Source of the DNA: an uncultured bacterium
GTDB lineage: Bacteria > Auribacterota > JACPWU01
Direction of reading: 5' to 3'
NCBI GenBank assembly: GCA_964640155.1
Contig: CAZXEQ010000002.1
Span: forward strand, 322,342-386,341
Length of the DNA stretch: 64,000 nt
Shown here: positions 1-9,305 of the stretch, piece by piece
Layout: every line of letters begins with the position of its first letter
Numbering within the stretch: position 1 is the stretch's first letter
The notes under the pieces: model-generated
Told to the model about the DNA's origin: nothing
Seen by the model: only the letters and a program-made list of their open reading frames with translations
Databases searched by the model: none
Made by a program: the position numbers and the translations under genes

Positions 1-207
1 CCTTTTTCTAAAGACCCAGGGAAAAGAGAATCTGATAAATATTGCAGTTTTTGCTTTAATAACGGAGAGCTCTGTTACAAGGGCAATGATCTCAAAGAGT
101 TTCAAAAAGTATGCCATGAGAGCATGCTTGAAAAAGGCCTGAATAAGTTCGTGGCAAAATTTTTCACATTTTGTATTCGATTTGCCCCACGGTGGGAGAA
201 AAAGTAA
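1..207 (+). CDS. 5'-truncated ORF, C-terminal fragment with Cys-rich zinc-ribbon-like motif (CSFCF...CYKG...C)
   Basis: Open frame 1 from window edge to TAA at 205-207; Cys spacing suggests zinc ribbon; no N-terminus in window. Confidence 0.3.
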   Translation, partial: PFSKDPGKRESDKYCSFCFNNGELCYKGNDLKEFQKVCHESMLEKGLNKFVAKFFTFCIRFAPRWEKK

Positions 208-377
208 ATCTAGAGCAAAAAATTCTGTGTCACTTTATCTCATTCCATTTATGAATGCGAAAAGTGCTTTTTTATGTAAAATTTAAAAGCTAAGATTAAA
301 AATGGTTACAACAAATCAGAATCAGAAGAAAAGCGAACAAAGTGTAGAGATGATCAAAAATAATTAAAGGAGATTTT

Positions 378-737
378 ATGCGCTACGTTGATGGATATGT
401 TTTACCCGTACCTAAGAAAAATTTGAAAGCCTATATACAAATGGCACAAATGGCTAGAAAAGTTTGGCGAGAGCACGGGGCTCTTGAATACGTTGAATGT
501 ATGGCTGATGATGTGAAGTCAGGCAAGTCCACGTCTTTCCCGCAAAGCGTAAAGCTAAAACCTGGCGAGATTGTGATTTTCGCGTACGTTGTATTTAAGT
601 CGCGCGCTCATCGTGACCGTGTCAATAGTAAGGTCATGAAAGATCCGAGAATTGCAAACATGTGTGATTCGAAAAAGATGCCTTTTGACGGGATGCGCAT
701 GTTCTGGGGTGGATTTAAGAGTATCGTTGAAGGCTGA
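378..737 (+). CDS. DUF1428 family protein
   Basis: 119 aa; YVDGYV.PVP...REHGALEYVEC..DDV...MPFDG.RM.WGGF pattern typical of DUF1428; AGGAG-like RBS upstream. Confidence 0.7.
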   Translation: MRYVDGYVLPVPKKNLKAYIQMAQMARKVWREHGALEYVECMADDVKSGKSTSFPQSVKLKPGEIVIFAYVVFKSRAHRDRVNSKVMKDPRIANMCDSKKMPFDGMRMFWGGFKSIVEG

Positions 738-826
738 GCAATTTTAAAAGCTTCTTGATTTGACGAATATGGTATTTTGAACTTTTGAATCCATAGATAT
801 TCAGATAGAGAAGGGGAATAAATGCT

Positions 827-1246
827 ATGCCGTTTGTGATAGAAAGAATCTTTGATGCTCCTGTAGAAGCCGTTTGGAAAGCCATTACTGACAAAGATCA
901 AATGAAACAATGGTATTTTGAACTGGCTGAGTTCAAGCCGGAAGTGGGATTTAAATTTCAATTTTTAGCTGGGAAAGATAACAAACAATATCTCCATCTT
1001 TGCAAAATAACAGATGTAATTCCTCAAAAGAAACTTGCCTATGATTGGTATTATGAAGTCTATGAAGGGAAATCGCATGTAACGTTTGAGTTATTTCCTG
1101 ATGGGAATAAAACAAAATTAAAACTTACCCATGAGGGACTTGAAACTTTTCAAACAGACAATCCTGATTTTGCAAAGGAAAGCTTTGCTGAAGGATGGAC
1201 TTATATCATTGGGACTTCTCTTAAGAATTATTTGGAATCGAAGTAA
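827..1246 (+). CDS. SRPBCC / AHSA1-like (START-fold) domain protein
   Basis: 139 aa; N-terminal RIFDAPVEAVWKAITD..QWY motif characteristic of Aha1/SRPBCC family. Confidence 0.65.
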   Translation: MPFVIERIFDAPVEAVWKAITDKDQMKQWYFELAEFKPEVGFKFQFLAGKDNKQYLHLCKITDVIPQKKLAYDWYYEVYEGKSHVTFELFPDGNKTKLKLTHEGLETFQTDNPDFAKESFAEGWTYIIGTSLKNYLESK

Positions 1247-1294
1247 GACAAGAATCGGATAGAACTCGATAAATGGTCAGTTACAATAGGTTCT

Positions 1295-2134
1295 ATGAAA
1301 AATAGAGAGGGACTACTTATTCAAGAAAAGATGGTGAAAGCTTGTCGATATATTGAAGAGAAAGAGAATTTGCCAAGTTTATCGAATGTCGCTCAGCCTG
1401 TCAATTTAAGCCCTACCTATTTTCAGAAAGCTTTCACAAAAGCCTTAAGTATTTCTCCTCGTCATTATGCAGATGCCATTCGCTTCGATCGTTTGCGTGA
1501 AGGATTGCAACAAGGCCATGATATTAATCATTCACTCTATGATGCTGGATTTGGAGCGAATAGTCGCCTATATGAATTTGCCCATCAGTATTTAGGCATG
1601 ACCCCAAAAACGTATCAAAGAAAAGGCCAAGGAATGGTTATTAGCTACACAATTGTGAATTCTCCTTTAGATTATTTGCTTCTGGCTGCGACAGAAAAAG
1701 GCATATGCTCGGTTAAATTAGGCAATGATAAAAGAGAATTAGAGCAGGAATTTCAAAAAGAATTTCGATCAGCACAGTTAATTGAGAATGATAAATATTT
1801 AAAAAAATGGACTCAAATTCTGATTAATTATTTGTCGGGGCGTAAACCATGGCCTATTTTGCCCTACGATGTTCAAGCAACTGCTTTTCAAAGACGCGTG
1901 TGGGAAACCTTACGAGCGATTCCTTCTGGAAAAACTTATCACTATTCTGAATTGGCAAAGGCAATAGGACAACCTACTGCTGCACGAGCAGTTGCGCGTG
2001 CCTGTGCTACAAATCCAGTTGCGCTTGTGATTCCTTGCCATCGTATTGTGCCTAAATCGGGTGGAATAGGGGGATATCGTTGGCATCACGATCGTAAACA
2101 AAAGTTGTTGGCACGCGAAAAAGCAATACAATAA
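1295..2134 (+). CDS. Ada-like protein: AraC-type HTH fused to methylated-DNA-protein-cysteine methyltransferase (Ogt/MGMT)
   Basis: C-terminal PCHRIV active-site motif and YSELA..IGQPTAARAVA pattern of O6-alkylguanine alkyltransferase; N-terminal AraC-like HTH region. Confidence 0.8.
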   Translation: MKNREGLLIQEKMVKACRYIEEKENLPSLSNVAQPVNLSPTYFQKAFTKALSISPRHYADAIRFDRLREGLQQGHDINHSLYDAGFGANSRLYEFAHQYLGMTPKTYQRKGQGMVISYTIVNSPLDYLLLAATEKGICSVKLGNDKRELEQEFQKEFRSAQLIENDKYLKKWTQILINYLSGRKPWPILPYDVQATAFQRRVWETLRAIPSGKTYHYSELAKAIGQPTAARAVARACATNPVALVIPCHRIVPKSGGIGGYRWHHDRKQKLLAREKAIQ

Positions 2135-2148
2135 TAGAAAGGAAGATC

Positions 2149-2610
2149 ATGAAAACTCTTATTCTTTTACTGGTATTTTTAGGTTCAACATTTCCATCGT
2201 TTGCATATCGAGAGAGGTTTACAAAAGTAATCCATGCCGAGCTTCAATTTGAAGCCGGGGATAAAGTGAAGCTTTCGATGGATCGTACTTCCTTGAAATC
2301 TCTAGAGCTTATTGCTACACAAGGGTCTTCTTCTGTTCCTAAAAAAGATCTTGAAGGTATTGCATATCCGAAATTGGATAATATTGCAGTTTTATTTGGA
2401 ACTTATGGGGATAGGAATGGAGAGTTGAAAGGGGTTGAATATAAATACATTCGCTTGAATTATGGCTCCGAAGAAGATAAAGCGTTTGGTGAATATCCTT
2501 CGGTCTCTTTTTTCTTTTACAATGGAAAATATCATCATCGAGATATTACGAGGAAAGTGTCAGACGCTTCTTGGCAAATAAATTCATCAGAAAAAGATAA
2601 AACAAAGTAG
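2149..2610 (+). CDS. hypothetical secreted protein
   Basis: 153 aa ORF with N-terminal hydrophobic signal-peptide-like segment; no recognised domain. Confidence 0.45.
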   Translation: MKTLILLLVFLGSTFPSFAYRERFTKVIHAELQFEAGDKVKLSMDRTSLKSLELIATQGSSSVPKKDLEGIAYPKLDNIAVLFGTYGDRNGELKGVEYKYIRLNYGSEEDKAFGEYPSVSFFFYNGKYHHRDITRKVSDASWQINSSEKDKTK

Positions 2611-2642
2611 AACTTATAATATTAATATAAGGAAGAGCTCCT

Positions 2643-3194
2643 ATGAAACGAACAATTTTGTTGTTTGGCTTATTTTTATTTTCTGTGAATTGTTTTGTTT
2701 TTTCAAATCTCAAAGATCAAAAATTAAATTTTAAAAATACTGAATATTTTCATCGTTGGTCACAAAACGGACAACATGAATTTACACCCAAAGGGCAAGA
2801 AGATTTAGAAAAGTGGTCCGACATGGTCACAATCAATGTTTATTCTGATGCTAAAGATGGAGATGGGTTGGCTTCTATTGCCAATGCGGTGCTCGGAAAT
2901 TATCAAAACGCTGGGGCAAAGATTTTAAAGACAGATTCTGTCCCAAGAACAGCACAAAAAGAGGCTGAGCATTTTATTTCAGCCATATTTCCCCAACCTC
3001 GTTTTATAGAAGTAGTTTTTGCTCATTTGAAGATGGTGGACGGAGTGGGCTGTGCCGTGATTTACTCTCATCGCATTTATGGTGAAAAGGCTGGCAATGA
3101 AGCGAGTGCTTGGTTAAGAGATAATGGACAAGCGACAGAGCAAGCTTTGATGAGTTGGGAGGCTATGCCATCTTTAGCAGACTGGAGAAATTGA
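2643..3194 (+). CDS. hypothetical secreted protein
   Basis: 183 aa ORF with signal-peptide-like N-terminus; tandem with neighbours. Confidence 0.45.
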   Translation: MKRTILLFGLFLFSVNCFVFSNLKDQKLNFKNTEYFHRWSQNGQHEFTPKGQEDLEKWSDMVTINVYSDAKDGDGLASIANAVLGNYQNAGAKILKTDSVPRTAQKEAEHFISAIFPQPRFIEVVFAHLKMVDGVGCAVIYSHRIYGEKAGNEASAWLRDNGQATEQALMSWEAMPSLADWRN

Positions 3195-3207
3195 TAGGGA
3201 GATATTT

Positions 3208-3636
3208 ATGTTCCAAAGAAAAATGATTTTCAAATTAATTATATTATTATTCGTGAGTCATATGCCCTTTTTATCATTACAAGCGGACATGCATGACAAT
3301 AAAATTCAAGAGAAAGAGGAGCCTATGGGAAAATCTGAATATGCACAAACTCTTCCCAAGGGCGGTTGGTGGATCGGATCTTCTGAAACGCCTGATAAAT
3401 ATCAAGAAGCAATGCAAGTGGTTGAAGAACTCCTAAAAAGTAGAGATGAAGATCCGTATGAGTTTTATGTGACGGTCACAGAAAAAGACAAGGATATTAT
3501 TATATTTCATCTTTGGCATAAAGATGCTTTTAAACCAGAAAATAGAAGAGTTATAGGAAATCCTGGTGGACGTTGTCGAGATATCCAATATCACAGTAAA
3601 ATGAAGAGAATTATAAACCAGTTGTTTTGGCAATAG
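3208..3636 (+). CDS. hypothetical secreted protein
   Basis: 142 aa ORF with signal-peptide-like N-terminus. Confidence 0.45.
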   Translation: MFQRKMIFKLIILLFVSHMPFLSLQADMHDNKIQEKEEPMGKSEYAQTLPKGGWWIGSSETPDKYQEAMQVVEELLKSRDEDPYEFYVTVTEKDKDIIIFHLWHKDAFKPENRRVIGNPGGRCRDIQYHSKMKRIINQLFWQ

Positions 3637-3648
3637 CAAAAGAAGAGT

Positions 3649-4578
3649 TTATTTCCAAAACTTTTTTAACCACTTTGCAGTTCCAGAAATTTCAACAGAC
3701 TCTGCAAATTTAACAAGATCCGGAATTTTTTTGACTTCATCGAGCCCAATCACTTTTCCACTTGTGAAAATAGGTGCAAGGCGATGGTAGTTATCTCCTA
3801 GCATTTGACGACATTGATAATCCGTTACACCACTCACGCCTTCCATAAGGATATTAATAATAGGTTTAACCCATTGGGCATGTCCCCAATCAAGTTCTTT
3901 TTTCTCAATGCGCATGAGAGATTGGCCTGTTCCTAATGAAAGAAGAACAATTTTTTCTGGAGAAGGTGGATTTTTGATGGCTCGTCGGTCTTGGGTTTGC
4001 GCCAAAGCAGCCATGCCGGGACTATTGGCACAAACACCTCCATCGATATAACCGTCCACGGATGGGAAATAAGTGGGAGCTGCACTGGTGTAAAGCGCAA
4101 TTTTATAAATGAGCTGTTCTCCATCACTGTCAGAGCCAGGGAAGTTATGAAAAAATTTTGGAGCCCAAGATCGTTTGTTGGGATCTGGATTTTCATTGTC
4201 CAGATCAAAAGTTGGAATTAGAACGCGTTTTTGTAAATTTGCTAATTTAGTTTTTCCAAAGATTCTTTTGAGTTCTTTAGATAAATTTTTATTGTCATAT
4301 TGGGCCCCCGTGATATTTCCCATATCTTTGAGATTATCTAGCCATGAATCATCAAAAATTTCTTTTCCTTTGCTCTCGTATAAACTCCGAAGTTCAGAAA
4401 GAGAGAGCCCGTGAGCAAGTCCCAATGCAATAATCCCTCCTGTGGAGGTTCCAGCCAATAAATCTATCTTGTCAAGCCAACCAGGCATTTCTTTTTCTAA
4501 ACGCTCAAGTAGAATTAGAGATAGCAACCCTCGAATACCTCCTCCGTCTAGAGATAATATTTTATAAAAAGGTTTCAT
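3649..4578 (-). CDS. patatin-like phospholipase family protein
   Basis: GGGIRG oxyanion-hole motif, GTSTGG (GxSxG) nucleophile elbow, DGG catalytic Asp motif. Confidence 0.85.
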   Translation of the reverse strand: MKPFYKILSLDGGGIRGLLSLILLERLEKEMPGWLDKIDLLAGTSTGGIIALGLAHGLSLSELRSLYESKGKEIFDDSWLDNLKDMGNITGAQYDNKNLSKELKRIFGKTKLANLQKRVLIPTFDLDNENPDPNKRSWAPKFFHNFPGSDSDGEQLIYKIALYTSAAPTYFPSVDGYIDGGVCANSPGMAALAQTQDRRAIKNPPSPEKIVLLSLGTGQSLMRIEKKELDWGHAQWVKPIINILMEGVSGVTDYQCRQMLGDNYHRLAPIFTSGKVIGLDEVKKIPDLVKFAESVEISGTAKWLKKFWK

Positions 4579-4734
4579 ATCTTAAACTCCATTTCGAAAA
4601 GGTTCAAAATTTCTTCAAATATGTATTTATAATAATATACCATTTGTTGCTTCCTGATGAGCTCAATGTGATAATAGTGATATTATTTAGAAAATCTTCT
4701 TAGAATAAAATAATACAGATCAGGATTTTGAAAA

Positions 4735-5163
4735 ATGATGAAAAGACCTTTTGTGATTAATTTTATAAGAGTTCTTACGTGGATTAAAATATTTCTGATT
4801 TGCTTTATTTTAGGCTTAACGGTGTTGTTTGCTGTATATATTCCTCAAAGCAATTTTTTCGGGAATTTTAGAAGAGGATGGATGCAAGCAGCCTTTGGTC
4901 AGAATTGGCAAGAAACAACCTCTTATACCTTAGGACAATTTACAGGAACTCTTATTTTCCCTCTCATCATTTCTATTCTCACTCTTTTATTCATCAGAAA
5001 ACGAATTTTTTATGGTTTGGTTGTGATATTGTTGATTAATATTTTAATGAGTTTGAAGGGAGTTTTAGCTACTTGTGTAGCGGTTATTTTATTTCTCGTT
5101 TTTATTCTAAATAAAAAAGCAAAAAATTATATGAAAAGAATAGATTTGCCCAAGGTAGAATAG
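4735..5163 (+). CDS. hypothetical integral membrane protein
   Basis: 142 aa, several hydrophobic helices; no recognised motif. Confidence 0.4.
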   Translation: MMKRPFVINFIRVLTWIKIFLICFILGLTVLFAVYIPQSNFFGNFRRGWMQAAFGQNWQETTSYTLGQFTGTLIFPLIISILTLLFIRKRIFYGLVVILLINILMSLKGVLATCVAVILFLVFILNKKAKNYMKRIDLPKVE

Positions 5164-5206
5164 AATGAGATTACTTCCTAAAAGTTAAAATGAAAGAACT
5201 CTTTTT

Positions 5207-5665
5207 ATGGAAATGAGTCGCATTATTCAGCTGATTCAGCAAGTGCTAGCCCCTGTCGTCATGGTTTCGAGTACGGCTTTACTTCTATTAGGGCTACAAA
5301 ATAAATTCTCAAATTTGGCGAGTCGTTTTCGAGTGTTGAACCATGAAAAACGACTTTTGCTTGCAAAAACAAGTCGTGAAACGCTAGAGGAAAATAGATT
5401 TCATAACTTGGTAGCTCAAGTCGATCATCTTATGAAACGAGCACGTTATGTGAAAAACGCAATTGTCTTGAGTTATCTGGGCATTGTTTTCTTTACAGGG
5501 ACGTCGGTTCTCATTTTTCTAAGTGCTTTTGCATCTTTTATGCCTCAGCTTTTAACTATAGGGATTTTTATGATGGGTCTTTTATGTATTTTTATTGCAT
5601 CAATCCTTATGATTTTAGAAGTGAACTTATTTCATAAGATTATTAGTTTAGAGTCTGAGTCTTAG
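5207..5665 (+). CDS. hypothetical membrane protein (DUF2721-like)
   Basis: 152 aa with hydrophobic segments at both ends around a charged central region; family assignment from memory only. Confidence 0.45.
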   Translation: MEMSRIIQLIQQVLAPVVMVSSTALLLLGLQNKFSNLASRFRVLNHEKRLLLAKTSRETLEENRFHNLVAQVDHLMKRARYVKNAIVLSYLGIVFFTGTSVLIFLSAFASFMPQLLTIGIFMMGLLCIFIASILMILEVNLFHKIISLESES

Positions 5666-5745
5666 TCTGTAAAAATTAAGGGTTTATTTTTTATGCCAAT
5701 AGGCTTTATAATAGGCCAAAGTTTTATTCAGGGACCCCAGACCGA

Positions 5746-6117
5746 ATGATTTTCTTCTGGAATAAGAACAGTACAAAAAATCGACGTAAAAAAGAACGTG
5801 TTTCTTTTCACGTTCCTGTAAAGATACTTGTTCCTTCTCTGGCTTCTATTCGTGGAGAAGCATATGTAGAGGTTCATGGGAAAAATATCAGTGAAGGTGG
5901 TATCCTTGTTGAGGCCAAGCGCAGTTATCCAAGGCTTGTTCCTTGCAGAATTAAAATTGACGGTCCTGGAGAATCGCAAGGGGCCGTTTTAGATGGAATG
6001 ATTATTTGGGCTGATGAGAATAGTAAGGTAGGAAATTGGGAAGTAGGAATTGCTTTTATTAATTTGCGTGAAGAAGAGAGAATGTTTCTCCATCAAATCG
6101 TTCTTCAATCCCAGTAA
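5746..6117 (+). CDS. PilZ domain protein (putative c-di-GMP binding)
   Basis: RRKKER (RxxxR-like) followed by NISEGG (D/NxSxxG) motif typical of PilZ. Confidence 0.55.
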   Translation: MIFFWNKNSTKNRRKKERVSFHVPVKILVPSLASIRGEAYVEVHGKNISEGGILVEAKRSYPRLVPCRIKIDGPGESQGAVLDGMIIWADENSKVGNWEVGIAFINLREEERMFLHQIVLQSQ

Positions 6118-6199
6118 GAATCTTTTGTAAAGGTGGTTAATTCTAGTTTCAATTTAACCCTACGATCTATACCCTAATCCCTATTCCCTGCTTTTAAAT

Positions 6200-6284
6200 G
6201 GAGAGGTGCGTGAGCGGCTGAAGCGGCACGCCTGGAAAGCGTGTAAACTGAAAGGTTTCGGGGGTTCGAATCCCCCCCTCTCCG
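6200..6284 (+). tRNA. tRNA-Ser (anticodon GGA)
   Basis: Cloverleaf with long variable arm, anticodon loop cuGGAaa, T-arm GGTTCGAATCC; acceptor ggagagg/cctctcc. Confidence 0.85.
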
Positions 6285-6346
6285 AGATTTACTTCTATTT
6301 GGGACACAAATCTTATCGGATACTTAATGGAACTTGTCATTTCCTT

Positions 6347-6976
6347 ATGAAGAAAATAGAGGATCCAACAACCTTACACCATTTATCTTTGCAGGCTAAG
6401 AAGTATCTGAGTGCATTTACAGATCGATCCATAAGCAACATGCTACCCTTTGTAGCTCCAAAAGTTCTTGAAAAATTAGGTGGAGAAGAAAATTTTGAAC
6501 AGTGCATGAAGCAGATTTTTTCAGAAGCTGATGGGAATTTAGATAAGGCAGCAATGCTTGATATCACAATTCAAGATCCTAAAGAAATATGTTCTATAGA
6601 TAGTAAGTTTATAAGTATATTGAAAAGCGAAGTTCCTTTTGTATTAGAAGGAAAATTGCTTGGGATAATCAATGGGATTACTATCGCTCTTTCGTCTGAT
6701 AAAGGTGAACACTGGGTATTTGTTGAAGGTACAGAAAATGGATTATCCTTACTTGATGAGAAAGAACAGGAGACGTTGGAACAAATAGGCCTCCCTAAAC
6801 CATCTTTTAAACCTGTGAAAGGTAGAAAAAGAATATACAAAGACCAATCAAGCATGCAAAGACATATGTTACTTATGACGTTATCAATTATGAAGCCGGA
6901 AATGGTTGCGGACAGTGCGTTGGATTTACGTAAATTTGTACAGCAATTGTTTAAGAATGCAAAACCATATGAATAG
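6347..6976 (+). CDS. hypothetical protein
   Basis: ORF 6206-6976 trimmed to first Met downstream of the tRNA (MKKIED...); no recognised domain. Confidence 0.4.
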   Translation: MKKIEDPTTLHHLSLQAKKYLSAFTDRSISNMLPFVAPKVLEKLGGEENFEQCMKQIFSEADGNLDKAAMLDITIQDPKEICSIDSKFISILKSEVPFVLEGKLLGIINGITIALSSDKGEHWVFVEGTENGLSLLDEKEQETLEQIGLPKPSFKPVKGRKRIYKDQSSMQRHMLLMTLSIMKPEMVADSALDLRKFVQQLFKNAKPYE

Positions 6977-7062
6977 ACAAATCAAAGAGGAATGTCGGCA
7001 CAAAAAAGTAAAACGTCAACTTCTGTATATTTTATCAACCTTTTTACATCTAGGGATTAATA

Positions 7063-8781
7063 TTGAGATTTAAAATCAGTATATTTTTATCGATTTTTAT
7101 TTTAGGAGTTTTTACATTATCTATGGCCGAACCTTATTCTATTACTGCAAAAATAAAAATTTCTAAGAATGCTTTTCAAAAATATCTCAAGAGTCAGTCT
7201 GTATCTAGAGATGCCTATTCTGATTGGACGGATATGGATAAGAGCATCACCAAGGATTGGATAAAAGATATTAGAAAGAGCGAAGGGAAAGATTTGGATA
7301 AAGGTACAAATGCAGACTATTTTGCAGGAGTTTTGATCGATATTATCAATACACCACTTCAAGATATCTTTATATTTAAATATTTAGAAGAGGAGCAAAC
7401 TATTTTTTATTATCGCATGATCAATCATGATTGGTATGTGTTTGTAAGAAGCGAGTTGACAGCTCTTCGAGAAATTTCAAAGTACAAAGACATTGTAACA
7501 GAAGATATGGTTGTAATTTCTAATTATCCTTATGCAGATGGATTTAACAGCAATTTTGCTATTTTAAAAATATTCAAAGAGAAAAGTCATTTCATAAAAA
7601 ACGATACTTCTATTAAAGAAATAACCCGTTCATATGCATCTTCAATAGATGATTATTTTAATCAACTTGGTAAAAAATACAAAGATCCCAGTGTTGGAGA
7701 TTATTTTAAAGATAAAAAGTTTATTGAACCTATCATCAGGAATAGATATCTCTCATTATTAAAAAGAATAGAAAAAGAGGAAAAACCCTCAAAAATTGCG
7801 ACTGCAACTTCAGAAAAACCATTTTATCTTTGTGGTAATTTTTATACAGATGGGAAAAATGTTTATACTCATGCAGTTATCGAATATCGAATGGTAGAAA
7901 AAGTGGTCAAAGATGCAGATCCCTATAGCTTTAAGCCTTTAAAGGATAATTATTATATAGATAAAAATTTTGCTTATCATTTTTATCAAAAAATAGAAGG
8001 TAGTCACGGTCCGACTTTTAAGGTTTTACCTGGAACTGACGGTGTTTATTGTCTAGATAAAAATTATTTATATTACAGTGGTAACCTACTCAAAGATGTT
8101 GATGTCAAAAATTATAAATTGATTAAAAATGCCTTTGTTATTTCAGGCCATCACGTTTTTATTTATGGGGAAAAGGCAGATTTCTTGGATGGAGAAACTT
8201 TTGAAGTTTTGTCGTCATATTATTTCAAAGATAAAAAAGGTATCTATGGATTAAATGTTTATCCTCTCGATAAAGAATTGGTAAAAGATAGTCTTGAAAT
8301 TAAAGAGGCGGATAAAGAGACGTTTGAAGTTGTTTTTGATAATTTTGATACTGACTATGCTGGTGGAGAGCATTGTGCTTATGCCAAGGACAAAAATAAT
8401 GCGTATTTCAAAAATGCTGTTTTAAAAGGAATTGATCCTGAAAACTTTAATTATAAAGGTAAGGGATACTTGATTGATGGCCAGAATATCTATTACCTTA
8501 ATAAACGGATTCAAGGAAGTGATGCAAAGACGTTAGATATTGATTTGCCTTTCTATTTTGCCAAAGACAAAAACAAGGCTTATTACTGCGGAATAGAATT
8601 GCCGAATGTAGACATTAAAACGTTCAAAGTTTTGCCCAACAGCGCTTATGCCCGAGATAAAAACAAAATATATTATATGAGTAAAGCGATGGTAAATGTG
8701 GATATTGACTCCTTTGAAGTCGTTACTTGGAATCAGGCAAAAGATAAAAAATCAAAAATTTATATGGATGAAAGAATCTAA
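7063..8781 (+). CDS. DKNYY-repeat family protein, secreted
   Basis: 572 aa, signal-peptide-like N-terminus; repeated motifs YAKDKNNAYF, FAKDKNKAYY, YARDKNKIYY, LDKNYLYY. Confidence 0.6.
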   Translation: MRFKISIFLSIFILGVFTLSMAEPYSITAKIKISKNAFQKYLKSQSVSRDAYSDWTDMDKSITKDWIKDIRKSEGKDLDKGTNADYFAGVLIDIINTPLQDIFIFKYLEEEQTIFYYRMINHDWYVFVRSELTALREISKYKDIVTEDMVVISNYPYADGFNSNFAILKIFKEKSHFIKNDTSIKEITRSYASSIDDYFNQLGKKYKDPSVGDYFKDKKFIEPIIRNRYLSLLKRIEKEEKPSKIATATSEKPFYLCGNFYTDGKNVYTHAVIEYRMVEKVVKDADPYSFKPLKDNYYIDKNFAYHFYQKIEGSHGPTFKVLPGTDGVYCLDKNYLYYSGNLLKDVDVKNYKLIKNAFVISGHHVFIYGEKADFLDGETFEVLSSYYFKDKKGIYGLNVYPLDKELVKDSLEIKEADKETFEVVFDNFDTDYAGGEHCAYAKDKNNAYFKNAVLKGIDPENFNYKGKGYLIDGQNIYYLNKRIQGSDAKTLDIDLPFYFAKDKNKAYYCGIELPNVDIKTFKVLPNSAYARDKNKIYYMSKAMVNVDIDSFEVVTWNQAKDKKSKIYMDERI

Positions 8782-8835
8782 AGTATAAATTTTTTTGATC
8801 TAGAACGTTTCTTTTAACCTACACATCATCTAACC

Positions 8836-9189
8836 ATGAAAAAAGATCAGTTGTTTCATGATTATGTTATTCATGAGGTTTTGAAAAACGTTGCTGATAT
8901 TACCAGCCGTGCCATGTTTGGAGGTTGGGGCATTTACAAAGATGGCATTATTTTTGCAATTATCGCTGATGGTGAACTCTATTTTAAAGTGGATGATAGT
9001 AATCGTGTTAATTTCGAAAAATTTGACAGCCATCCGTTTGTCTATTCTCAGGGCAAACATAAACAGACCACGATGTCTTATTGGTTATTGCCAGAAGAAA
9101 TTATGGAAGACGAGCTAGAGCTTACTCGATGGGTAGAGGGTTCGGTAAATGTAAGTAAGCAGAGCAAGAAAAAGATAACTTTGCAATAG
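8836..9189 (+). CDS. TfoX N-terminal domain protein
   Basis: 117 aa; RAMFGGWGIYKDGIIFAII.DGELYFK pattern typical of TfoX/Sxy N-domain. Confidence 0.6.
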   Translation: MKKDQLFHDYVIHEVLKNVADITSRAMFGGWGIYKDGIIFAIIADGELYFKVDDSNRVNFEKFDSHPFVYSQGKHKQTTMSYWLLPEEIMEDELELTRWVEGSVNVSKQSKKKITLQ

Positions 9190-9305
9190 AATTTTTCTTA
9201 AACATACAGCACATGAATCAATATTGAAGACAGAATTTATTTTATGATCTATCTCATAGAGCCTGGCAGTCTTTTCCTTTAAGCTTTCTCTCAAAGGAGT
9301 GAAAT

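Noticed and set aside
6206-6346. 5' extension of ORF 6206-6976 across tRNA-Ser(GGA)
   Set aside because: The first 47 codons are the tRNA gene and its flank read in frame; the CDS was trimmed to the first downstream Met.
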